Shown here one piece after another: positions 30,054 through 41,733 of a stretch of 64,000 nucleotides of DNA (within the stretch, counting starts at the first letter, position 1; every line of letters begins with the position of its first letter). The stretch is from the NCBI GenBank assembly GCA_034521575.1, contig JAXHMJ010000002.1, positions 30,706-94,705 on the forward strand. The letters run 5' to 3'. The translations under genes were made by a program, and so were the position numbers. The notes beneath the pieces are model-generated. The model ran no database searches. It had not been told where the DNA came from and was given only the letters and a program-made list of their open reading frames with translations. Source of the DNA: Candidatus Zhuqueibacterota bacterium (GTDB lineage Bacteria; Zhuqueibacterota; Zhuqueibacteria; Residuimicrobiales; Krinioviventaceae).

Positions 30054-31107
30054 ATGGCGAACCAAAAACCTATAATCGGAATCACAATGGGCGACCCTGC
30101 AGGCATTGGTCCTGAAATTGTTGTGAAAGCGTTGTGTGATGATAGAGTGACTGAATGGTGTAACCCTGTTCTGGTCGGCGATTTGAGTGTTATTCGAAAA
30201 GCCGCTGCTGAGCAAAACGTTCCGAAAAACATAAAATCAATAGATAATATTAGAAAAGCCGAATTTGATCGAAATACAATAACTGTTTACTCTCTTGACC
30301 TGATAGATTTAGATAAACTTGAAATGGGTAAAATATCGCCCATGGCTGGAGAGGCTGCGTTTCAATGTGTGAAAACAGTCATTGAGCTTGCTCTGGCCAA
30401 AGAAATTGATGCCACTGTCACCGCACCGATCAACAAAAAGTCTGTAAATGTGGCGGGCCATAAATTTTCCGGACATACTGAAATGTATGCCCATTTTACC
30501 CAAACAAAGAACTATGCAATGCTCCTGATTGACGAAAATTTTCGGGTGGTTCACGTTTCTACCCATGTTTCTTTAAGAAAGGCATGCGACGCCGTAAAAA
30601 AGCAAAGAATAGTCCAGGTAACTGAATTATTAAACAATGCGTGCAAACAGTTTGGTGTGATCAAGCCCCGAATCGGGATAGCCGCTCTTAATCCGCATGC
30701 CGGCGATGGCAATTTGTTCGGCGATGAAGATACCAGAGAAATACTGCCGGCTGTTGAACGCGCAAAGGAACTGGGTATTGACGCAGAAGGTCCGTTCCCG
30801 GCTGATACATTATTTGCTGCTGCAAAGGCCGGAGCCTTTGACGGTTGTGTTGCCATGTATCATGATCAGGGCCATATACCCTTCAAGTTGGCTGCGTTTC
30901 AATGGGATCAAGCGACAGGAAAAATAAAGAGCGTAACCGGTGTCAATATTACGTTAGGTTTACCCATTATTCGGACCTCTGTTGATCATGGTACGGCTTT
31001 TGAGATTGCTGGTCAGGGCATAGCCAGCAAAGATGCATTGGTGCTTGCCATTAAATATGCGGTATCAATGTCCGATCGTAAATTCAGAAAAGGTTGGAAA
31101 CAAATCA
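30054..31107 (+). CDS. PdxA-family 4-hydroxythreonine-4-phosphate dehydrogenase-like enzyme (PdxA2 type). It runs into the downstream kinase without an in-frame stop.
   Basis: N-terminus KPIIGITMGDPAGIGPEI and metal-site His motifs (HTEMYAH, HDQGHIPFK) of the PdxA family. Confidence 0.7.
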
Positions 31108-32277
31108 TGATGACAGTGATCGCAGATGACTTTACAGGCGCCGCTGAAATCGCCGGACTGGGTTTACGATACGGGCTTGCGGTCGAAATTGAACCACATG
31201 TTCATAGAATATCCGAGTCCGATTTATTAATCATTGCAACCGATACCCGGTCTATGAAAGCAGAGAATGCATATAATGAAGTTTATTCTATCACAAAACA
31301 ATTGACGGAATTGGGTCGTGGTTTAACCTTTAAAAAAACGGATTCGATATTTAGAGGTCATATTTATAAAGAACTCCAGGCTGTTTTAAACGCAGATGTT
31401 TATGATAAAGTTCTTTTGGTGCCGGCAAATCCTTCTCTTGGCCGCATTCTAAAAGAGGGGATTTATTATATAAAAAACCGGTATCTACATGAAACGAAAC
31501 TGGCTGACGATCCTGATTACCCTTTAACCACATCCAATGTACTGGAATTGATAAATGCTGATGATCTCAATACGGTTCACGTCTTAGCGCTTGGTCAAAA
31601 CATCATCCGGCAAGGAATAATAATCGGTGAAGCATTGTACGAGCAAAGATCTGAAAGACTGGGCTTCCAAGGTTGATAACACGATTTTGCCGGCCGGCGG
31701 GGCTGAATTTTTCAAAGCTTTACTTGAGATTAAAGGATATGATAAAGTCATTTCAAAGACCGGGAAATCTGTAAAGTTTGGAAAAAATATATTGATTGTA
31801 TGCGGCAGCGCCTACTCAAAAGGTAAGGCCGGATTTAAAGACATAGCGAATAAGGCTTTAAAAATAATTCCAATGCCTGATAGTGTATTTACTAACAGCC
31901 TTGGTGTGGAAGACTCTTTTCAATGGTGGAAAGAAAAGGTTGTACAGGCTTTTCATAAACATACTGTTGTCATTATCGAAATAGATCAGCAGGTTGTTCG
32001 CGACAAGAATTATGCCGTGCGACTAAGAAAAGAGATGGCAAGACTGGTACATGTTGTTCTGAAGCAGGTAGATGTCAATGAGCTTTTGATAGATGGAGGA
32101 GCGACCGTACATTCAATCACGGAAAAACTCGGGTTTGAAAAATTGTTTCCGGTTCAAGAGCTTTCTCCGGGTGTTATCAGAATGCGTGTACAATCACGCG
32201 ATCATTTTTTTGTAACGATTAAACCCGGCAGTTATGCATGGCCGGCATGGTTGTTGAATTATTTAGGCGCTCGATAA
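31108..32277 (+). CDS. DUF1537 four-carbon acid-sugar kinase (OtnK-like). An apparent indel near 31650 splits the N-domain and C-domain.
   Basis: MMTVIADDFTGAAEIAG (the DDFTGA motif of DUF1537). The C-domain (VKFGKNILIVCGS...) continues in frame +1 from 31627. Confidence 0.65.
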
Positions 32278-32372
32278 TCTTTATCAATGAAAATCAGGAT
32301 AAAAGGGTCATTGTAAAAAGATGCGATGGCTTTGAAAATGAATGAATAACCGGATTATAAACAGATACTATT

Positions 32373-33689
32373 ATGACTACTTTGATCAGTTTAATTATTA
32401 TTTTGACAATCGTTGTCATTGCCACAGCAAAATACAAATTGCATCCTTTTATATCGTTGTTATTGGCTTCTATAGTCATCGGGTTTTTATCCGGTCTTGA
32501 ATCAACCGTAATCATTGAATCGATAGAAAAGGGATTTGGCGATACATTGGAAAGTATCGGCCTGATTATTGTTTTTGGTGCAATAATAGGTCAATATCTT
32601 GAAAAAAGCAGTGCAACAAAAACAATAGCAGAAACCTTGTTGCGAATAATCGGGGAAAGAGATCTCCTCTTGTGATGAATCTTACCGGTTTTATTGTGTC
32701 CATTCCTGTTTTCTGTGATTCCGGTTTTATAATTCTTTCATCGCTTAACAAAGCAATCAGTAAAAAAACAGGAATGTCGTTGACAGTCTTGAGTGTCGCC
32801 TTGGCAACCGGTTTGTATGCAACCCATGTTTTTGTGCCGCCAACTCCCGGGCCCCTGGCTGCAGCGGCAGCTTTAGGTGCGGATATCGGCCTGGTACTTG
32901 TTCTGGGTTCTGATTGCAGCCATACCCTCGGCTTTGGCGGGTTTGTTTTGGGCAAAGAATTTTGCTAAAAAATTCAAGGTTGCCCCCGATACCGATGAAC
33001 CCCAAAGCAATGATCGTGTTTTGCCTTCCACGTCACTTTCCTTTGCCCCTGTTATGATTCCGATCATCTTGATAGCCTGCAAATCTATTGCAAACTCTCC
33101 ATCGACCCCTTTTGGAGAAGGTGTACTCTACAAGTTTATTGATTTTACAGGTGATCCGTTCATTGCATTATTCATTGCAGTTTTTATTTCATTTTTCTTA
33201 AAAAGAAAAAGCCCAAGTACCCATAGCGGTTGGATAACGGATGGTTTGAAAAATGCGGGTGTCATCATTTTGATAACAGGCGCAGGTGGCGCATTCGGTA
33301 ATGTTTTGAGAACAACGGATTTGGGAGCGTATTTAGGCCATACATTGTCGAATTGGAACGCGGGCTTGCTTCTTCCGTTTATGATTGCCGCTCTATTAAA
33401 GACATCTCAGGGTTCGTCAACGGTCGCCATCATCACCACCGCAGCAATTATTTCACCTCTGTTGGGTCCGCTTGAACTGGATGGTGAAATAGCCAAAGCA
33501 TTAACTGTTTTGGCAATCGGCGCCGGAGCCATGACCGTTTCTCATATTAATGACAGTTATTTTTGGGTGGTGTCTCAGTTTTCCAATATGGATACACCCA
33601 CTGCTCTGAAAACTCATACCATCGCAACCCTGTTGCAGGGTGTATTCGGTATGATCATTATTCTATTGTTATCACTCATTTTGTTGTAA
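32373..33689 (+). CDS. GntP-family (gluconate/acid-sugar:H+) permease, split over three frames by two apparent indels (~32660 and ~32900)
   Basis: IGFLSGL...ESIEKGFGDTLESIGLIIVFGAIIGQYLEKSSATKTIAETLL resembles GntP. Downstream pieces FIVSIPVFCDSGFIILS and the hydrophobic 32877..33689 ORF. Confidence 0.7.
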
Positions 33690-33707
33690 AAAAAAGAAAG
33701 GTTGATT

Positions 33708-35666
33708 ATGATCTACAAATTAATGCTCTCATTTCTATTGTTGGTTTCAAGTTTGATATTTTCACAGCAAAAAATGCCTCCCGGGGTAGAAAAATCAAAA
33801 GACGAACCCATTGTTTACTCGGGCGAACAGACCGTCGATAAACATTATTTTGACGGCAAGCTGCCGCATGCTGTGGGTGTGCATCAATATCAAGTCGTAA
33901 GAGCAAACCGACAACATCCTCCGGGTGAAGGCGGCATTGGCTATACCTATAATCATCAGCCTTACCTGGCCTATTGGAACGGTCGGTTTTATTATCAGTA
34001 TTTGTCCGGTTTGTATCAGGAACATACACCGCCAACCCGCACTTCCATATTGACGTCCCAAGATGGTGTGAACTGGAGTGATCCGACGGTGGTTTTCCCT
34101 GTTTATAGATTGCCCGAGATTACAAGAGATGATATTCATATTCCCGAAGGAATGCCAGCGGTTATGCATCAACGTATGGGTTTTTATGTCGCGCCGAACG
34201 GCAGATTACTGACATCCGGGTTTTATAGTTACTGCAAAAGTCCACAGCATTCTCCCAATGTCGGCAAGGGTTTGGGACGAGTCGTCAGGGAAATTAAAAA
34301 GGACGGTACATTCGGCCCCATCTATTTTATTCGCTACAACCGGCATGCCGGTTTCGACGAATCGAATACAAAATATCCCTTTTATACCGAGAGTGATGAT
34401 ACAGGGTTTATCAAAGCTTGTGAAGCTCTTTTGCAAAACAAGCTGATGACCCTGCAGTGGTGGGAAGAAGATCGGGCTGAAGACGGTTTTTACCCGATTA
34501 ATCCCGGGGATATTGAAAATGCGTTTCAGTTTCATCAAAAAATTACAACCTCAAAGGGTGCGGGGAAAGCGTTTGATTGGTATACACGACCTGATAGTGT
34601 GGTGGTGGGATTGTGGAAAAACCAGTATGCGGCCTTGACAACTGATAAAGGCAATACCTGGACGCCGATTACGAAAAATAAAACATTGATTACGGCAGGG
34701 TCCAAAACATGGGCACAAAAAACAGATGATGGCAGATATGCGCTCGTTCATAACCAGTCACCCACATGGCGAAATCGTTTCCCGATGGTTGTAATGACAA
34801 GTGAGGACGGATATGAATTTACAGAAATGTTATGTGTCAGCGGACAAGTTCCACCGCAACGGTACAGCGGATTAAATAAAAATTTTGGCCCTCAATATTT
34901 CCGCGGCATTGCCGAGGGAAATGGCAATCCCCCGGGGGATAAAATGTGGGTTGTATTCAGCAACAATAAAGAAGATATGTGGATTGCAAATATAACAACA
35001 CCTATAACAGGCGAGGTCACCAAAGATATTGATCAAAATTTCAACTCAGTTGCCCGTGCTGATGCACTGGATTACTGGAATCTATATGTCCCCCAATGGG
35101 CATCTGTTGACATTGTCAATGATCTGGACGGCATAAACAAAGTACTACAACTCAAAGATGAAGAACCTTATGATTATGCGCGAGCCGAAAAAATATTCCC
35201 TCAAAGTCAACATATCGAGATCAGCTTTAGAGTTTATCCCTACGGGGTGAGGCTCGGCAAAGCGCTTGAAGTTGAGGTGCACAGTGAAAAAGGAGAGAGG
35301 GCGGCGCGGCTGCGCATCGACCATGATAATGTTCGTTTCGACTTGCTTGATGTTGAACTGGACGGGGTTGATATGCAACCGCTGACATGGCATCAAATCA
35401 AGCTCGTTCTTGATTGTGATTCACAATCCTATGATTTTTATCTCGACGGAAAGATTCAAAGAAAAGCCATTGAGTTTGGTGAGCCGGTCAGCAATGTAAA
35501 CCGTATCGTATTTAGAACGGGCCCATACAGGAATATTGTGCCGCTTGATTACCTCGATGGTTATCCGGATGCCGTTGGAATGTTTGGTGAGGATTTGCCT
35601 TTTTCCGGACAAAAAGTAAAACCTGTTGTTTACTGGATTGATGATTTTGTGACCCGGAGTCATTAG
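33708..35666 (+). CDS. secreted BNR/Asp-box (sialidase-like) beta-propeller protein with a C-terminal beta-sandwich. Paralog of 45492..47435.
   Basis: Signal peptide. Asp-boxes TSQDGVNWSDP and TTDKGNTWTPI. About 45% identity to the 45492 gene over the full length. Confidence 0.65.
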   Translation: MIYKLMLSFLLLVSSLIFSQQKMPPGVEKSKDEPIVYSGEQTVDKHYFDGKLPHAVGVHQYQVVRANRQHPPGEGGIGYTYNHQPYLAYWNGRFYYQYLSGLYQEHTPPTRTSILTSQDGVNWSDPTVVFPVYRLPEITRDDIHIPEGMPAVMHQRMGFYVAPNGRLLTSGFYSYCKSPQHSPNVGKGLGRVVREIKKDGTFGPIYFIRYNRHAGFDESNTKYPFYTESDDTGFIKACEALLQNKLMTLQWWEEDRAEDGFYPINPGDIENAFQFHQKITTSKGAGKAFDWYTRPDSVVVGLWKNQYAALTTDKGNTWTPITKNKTLITAGSKTWAQKTDDGRYALVHNQSPTWRNRFPMVVMTSEDGYEFTEMLCVSGQVPPQRYSGLNKNFGPQYFRGIAEGNGNPPGDKMWVVFSNNKEDMWIANITTPITGEVTKDIDQNFNSVARADALDYWNLYVPQWASVDIVNDLDGINKVLQLKDEEPYDYARAEKIFPQSQHIEISFRVYPYGVRLGKALEVEVHSEKGERAARLRIDHDNVRFDLLDVELDGVDMQPLTWHQIKLVLDCDSQSYDFYLDGKIQRKAIEFGEPVSNVNRIVFRTGPYRNIVPLDYLDGYPDAVGMFGEDLPFSGQKVKPVVYWIDDFVTRSH

Positions 35667-35758
35667 ACATTTGGATATCAAAAAAAAATATTATGTCGGT
35701 AATAATGTGACAGTGCAATTAATGAAAATTTATCAAATGAAAATTTGAGGTCATAACG

Positions 35759-36553
35759 ATGTTCAGACGCAAAAAAATATGTCAAATAGCAACCCTTGTA
35801 TTTCTATCCATATTCTGGCTGTTTATATCATGTGGAACTAATACGCAAACGCTTGATAAAGACTATTCGCTGCTCATTCTCAGTGATATTCATATCAGCA
35901 ATGATGAGACAAAAGATCAGCGTCTGATTGATATGATCAGCGCTGTCAATGATGGAATGTTTGAAAACCTGGACATGCTTGTAATAACCGGCGATGCGGT
36001 ATCAAGCTTTCAACGTTTCAGAGATAAAGTGGGCCTGCCTGGAAATCAAAGGGCGGAAAAATTTTTAAAGATAATAAACCGGATTGAAATTCCCTGGCAT
36101 ATCGCACTCGGAAACCATGATTATAAGATTGACAGTGACCGGGATTCCGATGCCCTTTTTTCATTTCAGGATATTGATACCATGGAAGTGTTATGGCACG
36201 AGTTGGCGGATATTGAGCCCTATTATGCGATTGAACATAAAGGATGGAATTTATTGTTTCTCAACAGTATGCGTGGAAGATATCTCGATCGGTTTTTTGA
36301 TGACCAGCAAATGCAGTGGTTGAAAAACGAATTACAAAAAGGGCTGCCTGTTCTACTCTTTATTCATCATCCTGTCAAAACGGATCATATAAAAATACGG
36401 AATAAGCCCAAAGACCTTATTTCGCCAAAAATAGAACCGGAATTTTTCTCACTGGTTGACGCTCATAAAGAGCAAATTAAAGGAATCTTTGTCGGTCATG
36501 TTCATCGGTGGATGAAAGATGAACTTTTTGCGAACGATTCCGGTCTATCGTAA
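35759..36553 (+). CDS. calcineurin-like metallophosphoesterase
   Basis: Motifs LSDIHIS, ITGDAV, GNHDY, HHP, GHVHR. Confidence 0.75.
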   Translation: MFRRKKICQIATLVFLSIFWLFISCGTNTQTLDKDYSLLILSDIHISNDETKDQRLIDMISAVNDGMFENLDMLVITGDAVSSFQRFRDKVGLPGNQRAEKFLKIINRIEIPWHIALGNHDYKIDSDRDSDALFSFQDIDTMEVLWHELADIEPYYAIEHKGWNLLFLNSMRGRYLDRFFDDQQMQWLKNELQKGLPVLLFIHHPVKTDHIKIRNKPKDLISPKIEPEFFSLVDAHKEQIKGIFVGHVHRWMKDELFANDSGLS

Positions 36554-36726
36554 CGGATTCATTCGCCGATAATAATAAAAGTCCGTTCCATCTGGTTGGT
36601 ATTGATACAACAAAGAATTCAATACACGTAACCCGACATGAGTTTATAAAGAATTAAGGTATCTGGTTCTAAAGGTCAAATTATGAGTGCGGCAAGTAAA
36701 GCCAAATATTGGAAAGGAATCATATT

Positions 36727-39174
36727 ATGTCTACTCAAAAAAAAATCACGGTTTTTTTACTAGTCGGAATTCTGTTCATGTTGACGACCAGCAGCAATTC
36801 CCGGGAAACCGATAAAAGCACAATTGCTTTCTGGCCATTCGATGAGCAGCAGGGGATTTATCCGAGTTGTGTTCTGTCTGATTTATCTGACGATGATTAC
36901 CCCTGGTTCTCGGTTTGGGCGGGAAAATCTGAAACGGTAAATTCGGAAATGCCTTGCTACCGGTCGGACAAGCAGAGTCCGATTTTGTAGAGATTGAAGG
37001 AATGGTGAGATTTGGTTTGGACCAACTGCCCGTACCTGATGGGCGGAGTGTAGAGCCAATGTCCTGGTTCAATGCCGACTTTGCCGCTTTAATGACAAGC
37101 GGAGAAACTCACCTGCGCAAAGAGGTCGGTTTCCCCCAGGTTACTCAAACAGATTTAAATCTTGGTGATTTTGACTGGACTGTGGAATTCTGGTTTTACC
37201 CGTTGCGCAAGACTGATGAAACCGGAACCGTTTTTGAGATAGGGACGGGGCCCAGAGGGGAGAACCGGATTTATACCACATTGAAACTTGACCGGGATAT
37301 GGGACAATTTATCTTTTATAATCAACCGAGCCGAACTCTGATCGAGATTCCTTCGTCGCTTGAACCGGAGGCATGGCAGCATCTTGCGTTTGTATATGAT
37401 TCAAGAGAAAACCAATTGACTTATTTTGTCAATGGAAAGATGATCAGCCAGGAGAATTCTGAAGCGTTAAAGCCGCTGCCGGTGGGTGAAGAGGATTACA
37501 TGAGTGTGGGAAGAAACGGTTTGTGGAAGGAACCCCTTCAAGGCAAAATTGATGAATTGAGGTTTTCTCAAGGTATGATATATCCGGATAAATTCACGCC
37601 GCCCCAAAGTTTCTCTTATCTGCATGATCTGGAACAAACAAATAATTTGATTGCCGGGCCTGAACTGTTATTCGATGGTGAAAAACTTGATCAACCCATC
37701 AAACTGGGCTCTCGAAAACATCTTTTTATTGATGATGCCCTCCTTGAAACAACCGGAGACGCTGAATTTGTTGTCAATCCTCCGCGTATGGAAGAAATTG
37801 TTTTAACAAATATCAAGGGACATATTCGAAAACATCTCAGTGTTGTTGAAGATAAAGACGGAAACATTCGTATCTATACCACGGTTGAGGATGACTATTT
37901 GGCTGTATGGATTTCAAAAGATGGAGTTCATTTTACAGCGCCTGATTTGCCGAACGGACACTATAAAGGTCGTACCAATATTGTCCTGCATAAAAATGTG
38001 GGCATGGGGATTGTCTTTACTGGATCCCCACGCGCCTGATGATGAACGCTATACAATATAAGCGACTATCACCGCAGGGCTGTTTCCATATTTTATTCCA
38101 AAGACGGTTTGAGTTTTGAACGCTATAAACAGCCTGTGCTTCCGTTCCGTTCGGGCTCGCAGGCCAATATTTATTATGATGATCAAAAACAGGTCTATAC
38201 GACATTTCACCGATCAGATTTCGGCCGCACCCGGACCGGGGATACTCAGCGTGACTTTGTGATGACGGAAACAAAAGATTTATTACGACCCTGGCCGTTC
38301 ACTCCTCTGACTCCGGCTGAAACAAAAGAAAGAGCCGAGGGAAAACGGATTGCTGAATACAGGCCCTGGTATCTTGATAACGGTCCTCTGACTCCCGGCG
38401 GTTTCTCTTTGGAATACCCCTGGATTTTTTCGCCAATCGACAGCCTGGACCCACGGGAAACGGATGTTTATATTCCCAAAGCTCATAAATACCCGTGGGC
38501 ACCGGATACGTATGTGGCTTTTCCTGTGATGTATTTTCATTATGAGGAATCATTACCGGAAGAAAGAAGTATCCTTTTCGAGGAAAGCAGGCAGCTCGGC
38601 TCCGGGCCGCTTGAGACTCAATTTTCGGCAAGCCGCAACGGCGTTGACTGGCAACGATATCCAAGACCCGCATATGTCGGCATCGGCAGACATCAGGGGA
38701 TTGATTTTGTAACCGCTTATATCGCCTACGGCATGGTAAAACGTGAGAATCAAATCTGGCAATATGTGTTCTGTGAACCGCATTATCATGCACCCTGGGT
38801 AAAATATGATGATAAAAGATCCGTGATCAGACTGGTTCAGAGACTTGACGGTTTTGTTTCACTCGATTCTCCTTATGAGAAAGAGACAACGGTTATCACA
38901 AAACCTTTGGTTTTTAAAGGCAACAGACTTGTCATCAATATTGATACCGAAGCGACGGGCTATGCACAAGTCGGATTATTGGATGAAAATGGAACCCCAA
39001 TTGAGGGATTCGCCGTCGATGAATGCGTTTATATCAACGGAGATTTCCTGGGAAAAAGAAATAGAGTGGATGCAGAAAGGTAAAGATATATCCGAGCTCG
39101 CCGGAAAAACGGTACAGATTGTTCTTGAGATGAGAGGCTCAAAGTTATACGCTCTGCAGTTTACAAATGAATAA
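36727..39174 (+). pseudogene. copy A of the triplicated LamG-like + BNR/Asp-box propeller secreted protein (~830 aa). It is broken into at least four frames (indels near 36960, 38040-38100 and 39050) and may be an artifact-ridden or decaying copy.
   Basis: Pieces 36709..36990, 36954..38039, 38109..39083 and 38845..39174 each align colinearly to the intact paralog 39205..41703 (WFNADFAALMTSGETHLRKEVGF, GKIDELRFS, YLDNGPLTPGGF, ...RGSKLYALQFTNE). Confidence 0.7.
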
Positions 39175-39204
39175 TCTGAAATAATCTAAAAAGGTGTTCT
39201 GAAT

Positions 39205-41703
39205 ATGTTGAATCATAAAGTATTGCTTGCTGTCATTGTCTTTTTTTACGCAACTCTGTTATCCGCCCCCAAAGAGGACCATACTGTATCTCTTTGGCTG
39301 TTTGATGAACAATGCGATTTATATCCAAGTCAGGTTTTAGTGAACTGTTCGGAACATAATCTGCCGCTTGTACTCGGCCCGGGCGGAAGAATTGTTAAAG
39401 GCAAATTTGGAAATGCGCTCGAGCCCCTGATGCATCCTAAAGTTGTGCTGCCCGAGGGCCAGAAAAGATTCGGGCTTGTAAAGCTTGATCCTCCTCCGGG
39501 ACGCACCGTTGCGCCTTTGACGTGGTACAATGCCGAATTTGCGGCGTTGATGACCAGCGGCGAAACGCATCTGCGCAAACAGGTCGGGTTTCAAAGCCCG
39601 GCGGCGACTGCAATGAATCTGGGCGATTTTGACTGGACCGTAGAATTCTGGTTTTATCCCAATCAGAATTCTGATAGCGGAACCGTTTTTGAAATTGGAG
39701 CCGGGCCCAGGGGGGAAAATGAAAAATTAACACGCCTCAGTCTGGATCTAAAGAACCGTTCATTTAGTTTCTTTAACCCAAAGATTCAAAGCGCGGTTAC
39801 TCTGCCTACTGAGCTCACGTTTGAAACATGGCATCATGTTGCATTTGTGCATGTCGCTGATAACGACAAAATTCTCCATTTTGTGGATGGAGTATTATTG
39901 TCGACAGCGAATAACGTCACTATCGGGAAACTCAGACCTTCCTTTGCCGAAGATTATATGAGCATTGCCCGGGACGGTCTGTGGGAACATCCTCTGCAAG
40001 GCAAAATCGATGAATTGAGATTTTCGGATGATGTAATTTATACAAATGAGTTTAATCCGCCTGAAAGCTTTTCCAGTATTTATCAGGAAGGATACGTTGC
40101 GGATCAACTTGAAAAAGGCCCGCCTCTGTTGTTTGATGATGAATCCAGGGATGATACGCCGCTACAGCTGGGCGGCAGAAAACATCTGTTTATTGATGAT
40201 GCGTTTCTTGAGACCGTCGGCGATGTCGAGTTTACGGTTAATCCTCCTGAAAAAAAAGAACTGGTAATTGGTAATGTTAAAGGCCGCTTTAGAAAACATT
40301 TAACCGTTATCGAAGATGAGGATGGATTGATCCGCATCTATAATTCCGTCCAGGATGATTATATGATTGTTCATACATCCAGAGACGGCGTAAATTTTAA
40401 AGCTCCCAATACCGGTACAAGTCATGGCGGCTGGGATAATATTGTGATTCCCGAACGTGTTGGCGGTAAAGGCACTCCTTTTATCGATCCGAACGGCAAA
40501 GGCGATCATAAATGGAAATATATATCCAGTTATCATAATCGCGGGGTTTATCTTTATACCTCTGCGGACGGCTGGAGCTGGAGCCGCCGGAAAATGGCTT
40601 TAATTCCTTTTAGAAGTGGCACGCAATCCTGTACATTTTATGATGACCAGCGGCAGATGTATGTTTCAACCCACCGGACCGGTATATTTCATACACCGGG
40701 CGGCGCCACTCAAAGAAGTACAGTCATTACTCAAACTGAGAATCTGTACAAGCCTGTCAAATATGAACCTCTAAGCCAAATGGACTATTGGGAACTGGAT
40801 AAAAAATACCGACTGCGCGAACCACAGCCCTGGTGGCTTGATAACGGTCCGCTGACTCCCGGTGATTTTGGGTTGGAATTTCCGCATGCCTTTGATCCAA
40901 CCGGGGACGATCCCGTTGGAATGGATATTTATATAACCAAAGCTATAAAGTACGAGTATGCTCCGGATACGTATCTCTCGTTTCCGATCACTTATTTTCA
41001 TTATGAAAAAGATGGGCCGCTGACACGACAGATATTATACGATTCGACTCGACTGCGAGGAGAAGGACCAATTGAAACCCAGATCGCTGTGAGTCGCAAT
41101 GGGCTGGACTGGAAACGGTATTATCAACCCGCGTATGTTCCCATTGGAAAACATAAAGGAATTGATGTAAAGATGGCCTATATCGCGCAGGGTATGGTCA
41201 GGCGTGGAGATGAACTGTGGCAGCATTATTGGGCTGAACCGCATTATCATGGGCCCTGGGTAACGTATGATGACAAGAGAGCGGTATTTCGATTGGTGCA
41301 ACGATTGGACGGATTCATATCGATTGACAGTCCGTATGAAAAAGAAGCCGTGATCAAGACAAAGCCGTTTGTTTTTGAGGGAAACCGGCTTGTTCTTAAT
41401 ATTGACACCGATGCGGTAGGGTATACTCAGGTTGGTTTTGTGGATGAGCATGATAATCCGATTCAAGGCTTTTCAGTGGATGATTGTGTTTACATCAATG
41501 GTGACTTTATTAAAGAAAAAGCTGAATGGATTCAAAATCGCGAGGAATTTACAGATGTGAGTATTGGCGAAGGTGAATCCACTGAAATATTGGAAAAAGT
41601 AAAGACGACAAAAGATGTTTCTCCGCTTGAAGGTAAAGTGGTAAAACTTGTTTTTCGAATGAGAGGGTCAAAACTCTATTCTCTGCAGTTTACAAATAAA
41701 TAA
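39205..41703 (+). CDS. copy B (intact, 832 aa): signal peptide + LamG/concanavalin-like jelly-roll + BNR/Asp-box propeller + C-terminal beta-sandwich
   Basis: GKIDELRFSDDVIY (Laminin_G_3-type terminal motif). Asp-boxes TSADGWSWSRR and VSRNGLDWKRY. C-terminus KLVFRMRGSKLYSLQF. Confidence 0.7.
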   Translation: MLNHKVLLAVIVFFYATLLSAPKEDHTVSLWLFDEQCDLYPSQVLVNCSEHNLPLVLGPGGRIVKGKFGNALEPLMHPKVVLPEGQKRFGLVKLDPPPGRTVAPLTWYNAEFAALMTSGETHLRKQVGFQSPAATAMNLGDFDWTVEFWFYPNQNSDSGTVFEIGAGPRGENEKLTRLSLDLKNRSFSFFNPKIQSAVTLPTELTFETWHHVAFVHVADNDKILHFVDGVLLSTANNVTIGKLRPSFAEDYMSIARDGLWEHPLQGKIDELRFSDDVIYTNEFNPPESFSSIYQEGYVADQLEKGPPLLFDDESRDDTPLQLGGRKHLFIDDAFLETVGDVEFTVNPPEKKELVIGNVKGRFRKHLTVIEDEDGLIRIYNSVQDDYMIVHTSRDGVNFKAPNTGTSHGGWDNIVIPERVGGKGTPFIDPNGKGDHKWKYISSYHNRGVYLYTSADGWSWSRRKMALIPFRSGTQSCTFYDDQRQMYVSTHRTGIFHTPGGATQRSTVITQTENLYKPVKYEPLSQMDYWELDKKYRLREPQPWWLDNGPLTPGDFGLEFPHAFDPTGDDPVGMDIYITKAIKYEYAPDTYLSFPITYFHYEKDGPLTRQILYDSTRLRGEGPIETQIAVSRNGLDWKRYYQPAYVPIGKHKGIDVKMAYIAQGMVRRGDELWQHYWAEPHYHGPWVTYDDKRAVFRLVQRLDGFISIDSPYEKEAVIKTKPFVFEGNRLVLNIDTDAVGYTQVGFVDEHDNPIQGFSVDDCVYINGDFIKEKAEWIQNREEFTDVSIGEGESTEILEKVKTTKDVSPLEGKVVKLVFRMRGSKLYSLQFTNK

Positions 41704-41733
41704 TCTGAAATAATCTAAAAAGGTGTTCTGAAT

